From: Myxococcota bacterium
Lineage (GTDB): Bacteria; Myxococcota; XYA12-FULL-58-9; JALHOP01
DNA length: 64,000 nucleotides
Assembly (NCBI GenBank): GCA_041288095.1
Contig: JBGGMJ010000082.1
Location: forward strand, 24,873 to 88,872
Direction of reading: 5' to 3'
Shown: positions 58,113 through 64,000 of the stretch, one piece after another
Layout of the letters: the number at the start of each line of letters is the position of its first letter
How positions within the stretch are numbered: position 1 is the first letter of the stretch
Translations under genes and position numbers: made by a program
Notes under the pieces: model-generated
Databases searched by the model: none
Seen by the model: the letters and a program-made list of their open reading frames with translations, nothing else
What the model was told of the DNA's origin: nothing

Positions 58113-58601
58113 TTAGCCTCCGTGCACAATCGCGCGCAGCTCTTCGGGCAACAGCCCATACCGCTCGGCGAGCCGGCTCCATACCAGCTCCTGCAAACGC
58201 CCGTAAGGCGGGTCGGCGATCCTCTCCAGCTCCTCTTCCGTCACCGCCTCGCCTCGTCCTCGTGCCCCTTTGATCGCGAGCAATCCTCGCAGCTCGCCGT
58301 GAAAGTCGTCGACGACGCGCATCCACCGCGGCGAAGCCTCGCGCGCGCGTCGCAGCGCCAGCTCCTCCTCGATCTCTTGCAGGCGCGCGAGCAACCCCTT
58401 CACCGTGGCGCCGTCGAGCTCACGCAAGGCACCGGGGAACCGCCGAGCGAGACTCCGAGTGCGAGCATGGCGCGCTTGACGGCCGGGGCCGTCCAGCTGG
58501 AAAACGCCATTCCTTTCCAATTCGTCGCGCTCGGCGCACAAGCTCGCAAGCTCACGGTACTTCTCCGCGAGCCGACCCAGCGCCTGCCACCACTCATCCA
58601 T
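58113..58601 (-). CDS. Hypothetical helical protein
   Basis: ORF with LARRFPGALRELD, co-oriented just upstream of UDG. The start is uncertain. Confidence 0.6.
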   Translation of the reverse strand: MDEWWQALGRLAEKYRELASLCAERDELERNGVFQLDGPGRQARHARTRSLARRFPGALRELDGATVKGLLARLQEIEEELALRRAREASPRWMRVVDDFHGELRGLLAIKGARGRGEAVTEEELERIADPPYGRLQELVWSRLAERYGLLPEELRAIVHGG

Positions 58602-58699
58602 GACGCACTGCGTACTCCAGCTAACGCGCGAGTGCCGCGCCGCCTCTTCTCTGGCTTTGTCGGGTTTAGTATGGTCCACAGCCAACGCGAGGCCGGAAA

Positions 58700-59116
58700 T
58701 TGATTAGCACCGTCGAGAAAGTGCTGTTTCTCAAGGGCGTGGACTTGTTCGAGACCATCGCCGGCGAGGAGCTCTCCTCGATCGCCCGCATCACCGACCA
58801 GGTCGACGTCGCGCAGCAGCAAATCGTCTTCAACGAAGGCGATGAAGGCGACGCCATGTACCTGATCGTCGACGGCAAGGTGAAGGTGCACTCCGGTGAG
58901 CACGTCTTCGCCGAGCTCGGCGAGCGCCAGGTCTTCGGCGAGATGTCCATTCTCGACGCCGAGCCACGCTCCGCGAGCATCACCGCGCTCACCGAGCTGA
59001 CCCTCCTCAAGATCGCCCGCGACGACTTCGCCGAGATCCTCGCGGAGAAGCCCGAAATCGCGCAGGGCATCCTGAAGGTGCTCACGCGCCGCTTGCGCGA
59101 AGCCAATCGGCGCTGA
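58700..59116 (+). CDS. Stand-alone cyclic nucleotide-binding domain protein
   Basis: Motifs EKVLFLKGVDLF, EGDEGDAMYLIVDG and FGEMSILDAEPRSAS. Confidence 0.9.
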   Translation: MISTVEKVLFLKGVDLFETIAGEELSSIARITDQVDVAQQQIVFNEGDEGDAMYLIVDGKVKVHSGEHVFAELGERQVFGEMSILDAEPRSASITALTELTLLKIARDDFAEILAEKPEIAQGILKVLTRRLREANRR

Positions 59117-59118
59117 TC

Positions 59119-61803
59119 ATGACCGTGATGCCCGCAGGTGACTCGCGACCGGTGCCGCTTCGTGCCGCGAAGGTAGCGGCGATCGTCGTCGCCGCTTCGG
59201 CGATGCATGACCGCTACGGCAGATTCGTCCGCTGGGTGTTCGCGCGTCTGTTCGGCGGCGTGCCCTATCCCGAAAGCAGCGCCGCGCTGGTCCGGCAAGC
59301 GGCCGTGCAAGGCAGCGTCGTCTACGTTGCTCGCGCGCCCACCACCTGGGCAGCGCTCTACTTCAACTACGCGCTGCAGCGCCTGTCACTGCCGCTACCC
59401 GAGTTCGTGGGCGGCTACGACATGCGCTTCTGGCAGCCCCTCGAGCGCCTGTGGCGCGCCATGAAGACGCGCGGCATCGAGGCCCGCGGAGCCTGGCGGG
59501 CCCGCTTCACCACGCCCCCGCGTCACGACGAAGTGGTGCTCGGCGAGCTCGCCACGGTCGGCGCCCCTGCCTTCATCTTCATGGGCCAGCCGCGCGGCAT
59601 CGCCGGTTCGGGCGGCATCATCCCGGCCGGCGCGGAGCAGAACGACTACTTCCGCACCTTGGTGGCGGTGCAGCGCAGTCGCGAGCAGCCAATCACGTTG
59701 TTCCCACACGCGGTCATCGACAAGGGCCAGAGCGGCTCGGCCACGCGCACGCTCGCCGACCGCATCTTCGGCGACCGCCGCCGGCCGGGGCGCTTGCGCC
59801 TCCTCGCCATGCAGCTCTCGCCGTGGCAGCGCACCGTGGTGCGCGTCGCCGACCCCATCGACCTCAAGGCCTTCATCGCCGAATCGGGCGAACAAGACGA
59901 CGACGTCATCGCCAAACGCCTGCGCCACGAGCTGCAGCGCCGCATCTCCGACGAAGAGCGTGTCGTCGCCGGTCCCGATCTCGCCCAGCATCAGCTCATC
60001 GAGCGTCACGTCTTGCGCTCACCGGCGCTCAAGGACGCCGTCGAGAAACAAGCCGCGGCCACGGGCAAGCCGGTCCCCGAGCTCGAGAAGAAGGCCAAGC
60101 GCGACCTCGAGAGCATCATCGCCAAATACAACGTCCGCTATGTCGGAATGGCCGGCCAGCTGCTCTCGTGGGTGTTCAATCGCATCTACGACGGCATGGT
60201 CATCGACGAGCCAGGTCTCGCGCGTACACTCGATGCGGCGCGCCGCGGGCCGCTCATTCTCTGTCCAACGCACCGCAGCCATGTCGACTACCTAGTGCTT
60301 TCGTACGCCCTCTGGCGCTACGGGGTGAACCCGCCGCACATCGCCGCGGGCGCGAACCTGTCGTTCTTCCCCCTGGGCGCGTTTTTTCGCCGCGCTGGCG
60401 CCTTCTTCCTCAAGCGCAGCTTCAAGGATGATCCGATCTACGCCGCCGTCTTCGAGCAGTACGTCATCGAGCTGATCCGCACCGGCACCTCGCTCGAGTT
60501 CTTCCCCGAAGGCACACGCAGCCGCACCGGCAAGATGCTCATGCCACGCTTCGGCATGTTCAAGATGATCACCGACGCCTACCGCCAGGGTGTCGCCAAC
60601 GAAATGATGTTCGTGCCCATCTCGATCGACTACGAGCGCATCATCGAAGCGCGGTCGTACGAGCGCGAGCTCGCGGGCGGCGAGAAGAAGGCGGAAGACG
60701 TCGCCGGCGTCTTGAAAGCAACGAGCGTTCTGCGCTCCCGTTACGGTCGCGTTCACATCCAGTTCGCCGAGCCGATTTCGCTGGCGGAGCTCGCCGCCAA
60801 GAGCAACCTACCGCGCAGCATGGACCCCGCCGGCAATGAAGCTTGGCGCGCCGAAGTGGAGCGGCTCGGCTATCGCATCCTGCACAGCGCGGCGATGGTC
60901 GCGTCGGTCACGCCGACCTCGATCGTCAGCACCGCGCTCCTGGGGCACCGCGGTCGCGGCATGGCGCAGACCAAATTCCTGCAGCGCTCGAACGACATCA
61001 TCGACTTCCTCGAGACCGGTGGCGGCCGCCTGTCGGAGTCGCTCACCGGTAGTGACGATCGCACGGCCACACGCGAGGATCGCAACGCCGCGGTGCTGCA
61101 GGCCGTCCAGACCCTCGTCGAAGATGGCCTCGTCTCGGTCGATCGTGCCGGCCGCAGCGATGCCGAGCCCATCTATCGCGTCCCCGAGGATCGCCGCCTC
61201 GCGCTCGACTTCTACAAGAACGGCGTCATGAACCAGTGCGCTCCAGCGGCCTTGGTGGCGCGGGCGGCGCAGAAGCAAGCCGGCACGCGCCTGCGCTACG
61301 AGCAGCTGCACGACGACACGCGCTTCGTCTCGCGCCTCTTCAAGCGCGAGTTCCTCTACCGCGCGGACTCGGGTTTCACGACGTACTTCGACGACTCGCT
61401 GGCCCAGCTCGCCATTCGCGGCTTCCTCGATGTCCATGACGACGGCACCGTGGTCATCCACAACCCGGCCGCCATCCGCCTCCTCGCGGCCCTCTTGGAC
61501 GGCTACGTCGAGGCCTATTGGGTGACCTGCCGGACCCTCCAGGACCTGCGTGAGTTTCCTCTCTGGGACAAAGAGCTGGCTAGCCGAGCCCTGGAGCGGG
61601 CACGCCGGGCCTATTTCGAGGGCGAAATCACCCGCCCGGAGGCCGCCAACCGCACGCTCATCGAAACAGCGCTCGCCTATTTCGTCGGCAGTGGCGTCAT
61701 TTCACTGGCTCCCGACGGAAAACGAAAGACCGCGCGCCTCGCGGCGGGGTATGAAGGAGAGAAGCTCGATCGGCTCTTGGCCGACGTTGGCGCCTACCTG
61801 TGA
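59119..61803 (+). CDS. plsB: Glycerol-3-phosphate acyltransferase (PlsB-like)
   Basis: Motifs PTHRSHVDY, IAAGANL, GAFFLKRSF, FFPEGTRSRTGK, VPISIDYE and FYKN. Confidence 0.88.
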   Translation: MTVMPAGDSRPVPLRAAKVAAIVVAASAMHDRYGRFVRWVFARLFGGVPYPESSAALVRQAAVQGSVVYVARAPTTWAALYFNYALQRLSLPLPEFVGGYDMRFWQPLERLWRAMKTRGIEARGAWRARFTTPPRHDEVVLGELATVGAPAFIFMGQPRGIAGSGGIIPAGAEQNDYFRTLVAVQRSREQPITLFPHAVIDKGQSGSATRTLADRIFGDRRRPGRLRLLAMQLSPWQRTVVRVADPIDLKAFIAESGEQDDDVIAKRLRHELQRRISDEERVVAGPDLAQHQLIERHVLRSPALKDAVEKQAAATGKPVPELEKKAKRDLESIIAKYNVRYVGMAGQLLSWVFNRIYDGMVIDEPGLARTLDAARRGPLILCPTHRSHVDYLVLSYALWRYGVNPPHIAAGANLSFFPLGAFFRRAGAFFLKRSFKDDPIYAAVFEQYVIELIRTGTSLEFFPEGTRSRTGKMLMPRFGMFKMITDAYRQGVANEMMFVPISIDYERIIEARSYERELAGGEKKAEDVAGVLKATSVLRSRYGRVHIQFAEPISLAELAAKSNLPRSMDPAGNEAWRAEVERLGYRILHSAAMVASVTPTSIVSTALLGHRGRGMAQTKFLQRSNDIIDFLETGGGRLSESLTGSDDRTATREDRNAAVLQAVQTLVEDGLVSVDRAGRSDAEPIYRVPEDRRLALDFYKNGVMNQCAPAALVARAAQKQAGTRLRYEQLHDDTRFVSRLFKREFLYRADSGFTTYFDDSLAQLAIRGFLDVHDDGTVVIHNPAAIRLLAALLDGYVEAYWVTCRTLQDLREFPLWDKELASRALERARRAYFEGEITRPEAANRTLIETALAYFVGSGVISLAPDGKRKTARLAAGYEGEKLDRLLADVGAYL

Positions 61804-61878
61804 GGGTACGTGGCTACTGGGCCGATTTCATTCGCGATCCATCTGACACGAAAAAGTCATAGTGTCACTCATCTGCGC

Positions 61879-61905
61879 GCAACCATTGCCAAATCGCGCC
61901 GATAA
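61879..61905 (+). promoter_or_regulatory. Putative sigma28-like promoter
   Basis: GCAA-N15-GCCGATAA upstream of the orphan ORFs at 61953 and 62322. Confidence 0.65.
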
Positions 61906-61952
61906 GTTGCCACAAGAGACTGTAGACAAGACTTTGTGAGAGATTCATCCCA

Positions 61953-62282
61953 ATGACGAGCTGGCCAACATTCTGGGGATCACGAGGGGTCGAGCCCAAT
62001 CCTCCCGACGGCGGTTCCGGCCAATACAAAGCCGACCTCACCCTCAAAGTCGGCAACCAGTCGTGGATGTTCGAACGCGACCAAGCGAACTCGACCCTCT
62101 ACCAGGTCTACACCACGCCAGGTCGCAGCTACGCGGGGTTCGTCAACGCCTCCTACCTGCACGACAAGCAAGAAGTCGCCCGCGCTCTCGACGGCATGCG
62201 CGATCGCCTCCCATCATGGCTCCCGAACGGAGTCCTACTCGCCATGCTCCAGCAGCTGAATCAGCAACAGCGGGGCGGTTGA
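61953..62282 (+). CDS. Small orphan hypothetical protein (109 aa)
   Basis: ORF with host codon bias following the promoter motif. Confidence 0.6.
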   Translation: MTSWPTFWGSRGVEPNPPDGGSGQYKADLTLKVGNQSWMFERDQANSTLYQVYTTPGRSYAGFVNASYLHDKQEVARALDGMRDRLPSWLPNGVLLAMLQQLNQQQRGG

Positions 62283-62321
62283 CGCCAGGGGTGACCACGA
62301 CCCTTTGAGAGGACCATTCTG

Positions 62322-64000
62322 ATGTCGAGTGTCCAAGGCAGCAGCTCCACCATCTCGTCCGGTGCGGTTGAACGCGTCAGGAAGCTCCTCGACGAGCTCG
62401 ATGGTCGGCCTGCTCTCAACAACCTGCCCGCGGCAATGCGCTTGCGGGAACAGCTCGAGAAGAACGTCAAGACGACCGATTCAGCGGCGGCGCTTGTCGG
62501 CCAGCTCTCCGGCACCCAGCGCGACGTCCTGCGCGAGGCGCTCCCGAGTCTCCCCACCGTCAAGGCGTTCTTCAAGGACGCCTTCGATCGCGCCCCCGGT
62601 CCGCAAGACAACGTCATGAGCGCCCAGCACGGCCTCGAGCGCGACGTCCGCGGTAGCGAAGGTTCGAGCGAGAGGGTCAACGACGCTCGCAGCCTCAATC
62701 CCGCCGACGTTCAAGGTCGCCTCCGCAAAAAGGGTGAGCCAGCAGCCGCGGACGCGCCTCGGACGCGCCGCCGCCGCGTTGAAGAAGAAGGAGCCAGCGC
62801 CGTCGGCTCGCAGACCGCGCAACCGGCGACGCCCGGCAACGCCGCCAACAACGACCCGAAGGCTGCGACCGACCCGAAGCCCGTCACCGGTGCGGCTCGC
62901 AAGGCTCGCGCGGACGGAGCCGCGCCCGTTGGCGCCGCCGCGAACACCGACGCGCCAGCCGCGGTGGGCGAGACCGAGAAAGTCGATGGCGCCACGGCCG
63001 CCGATGGCTCGAAGACCGCGAGCGGTGCGCCCGCCGATGTCCCGCGCGACATTCATCAGCTTCTCGACGACACGCTCGACTTCATCAAGATGCACCTGAG
63101 CCCGCAGAGCACCAAGCTCTACCAAGAGGCGATCGGTATCGCCGAGAAGCTGGCGCAGGACAGTCAGGCGCTCGGGCAAGATCGCGCGCGACAAGCCGAG
63201 CTCAATGCGATTCCCAAAGAGAAGCGCAAGCCGGAGGAGGTCGCCCAGCTCAAAGAGCTGAACGCCAAGCTACGCGGCGCCAGCGATCCCAAGAAGCTCG
63301 GTAAAGACTTCGAAAAACTCGCCAAGCAATGGGGAGAGATCCCCAACCACGCGGGCCTCTTGCAGGCTTACTACGGCCTCGAGAAGAATCGTCCGTCCAT
63401 CGACGAGGACACCCCCGAGGGCAGGAACACCCTCGCCTTCTTCGACGAGCTCGTTGGCCGCGACACGAACCTGCCGCCGGACATCAAAGAAAAGATCGCC
63501 GCCTTCCGTCAGACCGACGAAGGCAAGCGCATGCTTTCGATCAAACCGAACATGGACGTCCTCAAGGCGTTGAGCGAAGGCAAGCTCAACACCGGCAATC
63601 CGTTCGTCAAGGACGTGTTGGAGCGCGTGAGCAACGGTCAGCTCGTTAGCGAGGCGGAAGTCCGCGCCGTCCTCGGTATGCCGCCTCCTGAAGGTGCCGC
63701 GCAGAACCCCGGCGCCGGCGATCCCACCGTGCCGCCCGCGAATGGAGCCCCGCCCAAGAAGCCGCCGCATGGACCAGATGCCGGCGGCAATGATCACTTC
63801 GATCCGGCCCGCTCGCCACACAACTCGAACGCCGCGGCCTCAGCGGCCGCGATCAACGACAAGTGGTTCAACCCGCTCAACCGCAACTGGTTCGGTCTGT
63901 CGCGCATTCGCCATGACCAGTTGAAGAACGACGGCCACCACGAGCTCTTGCACGCGATCCAAGAGTACAACCACAAAACGCAGAGCATGCATGTGACCGC
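62322..64000 (+). CDS. Large orphan protein, 3'-truncated (absent from the ORF track)
   Basis: GAGAGGA RBS and ATG at 62322. Manual translation (MSSVQGSSSTISSGAVERVRKLL...) has no stop before the window end. Confidence 0.8.
   Translation, partial: MSSVQGSSSTISSGAVERVRKLLDELDGRPALNNLPAAMRLREQLEKNVKTTDSAAALVGQLSGTQRDVLREALPSLPTVKAFFKDAFDRAPGPQDNVMSAQHGLERDVRGSEGSSERVNDARSLNPADVQGRLRKKGEPAAADAPRTRRRRVEEEGASAVGSQTAQPATPGNAANNDPKAATDPKPVTGAARKARADGAAPVGAAANTDAPAAVGETEKVDGATAADGSKTASGAPADVPRDIHQLLDDTLDFIKMHLSPQSTKLYQEAIGIAEKLAQDSQALGQDRARQAELNAIPKEKRKPEEVAQLKELNAKLRGASDPKKLGKDFEKLAKQWGEIPNHAGLLQAYYGLEKNRPSIDEDTPEGRNTLAFFDELVGRDTNLPPDIKEKIAAFRQTDEGKRMLSIKPNMDVLKALSEGKLNTGNPFVKDVLERVSNGQLVSEAEVRAVLGMPPPEGAAQNPGAGDPTVPPANGAPPKKPPHGPDAGGNDHFDPARSPHNSNAAASAAAINDKWFNPLNRNWFGLSRIRHDQLKNDGHHELLHAIQEYNHKTQSMHVT

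Noticed and set aside
348..63988. Many long antisense or alternate-frame ORFs (for example 348..1352, 13924..15543, 19320..20630, 28866..30173, 41215..42990)
   Set aside because: They are shadows of well-supported genes in high-GC DNA, Arg/Ala/Gly-rich and without recognisable motifs.

Overview
High-GC bacterial chromosomal DNA, very probably Myxococcota. This is inferred from a CdnL/CarD factor, a FrzS-like pseudo-receiver, an FHA-sigma54 activator, a TonB-fused receptor and Cys-rich lipoproteins. About 55 genes are densely packed. They include housekeeping genes (rlmN, queG, xth, dcd, ald, aspartokinase, family-4 UDG, PlsB-like acyltransferase, deoxynucleoside kinase, ParA-like ATPase), peptidases (S41, M20, M61), an ECF sigma/anti-sigma pair and envelope proteins. 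I saw no rRNA, tRNA, CRISPR array, integrase or transposase. The most notable signal is a set of six scattered orphan genes without Sec signals, each preceded by a sigma28/FliA-like motif (consensus about GCAA-N15-GCCGATAA). The window also holds isolated type III secretion-like parts: a needle/EspA-like C-terminus next to a sensor-less sigma54 activator, and a SycD/LcrH-like chaperone. A 2141-aa protein carries annexin-like repeats and a hydrophobic segment. Together these suggest, by inference only, a dispersed regulon of secreted effectors. A structured ~150-nt RNA candidate lies upstream of cdnL. All calls come from motif recognition by eye; no database searches were run.
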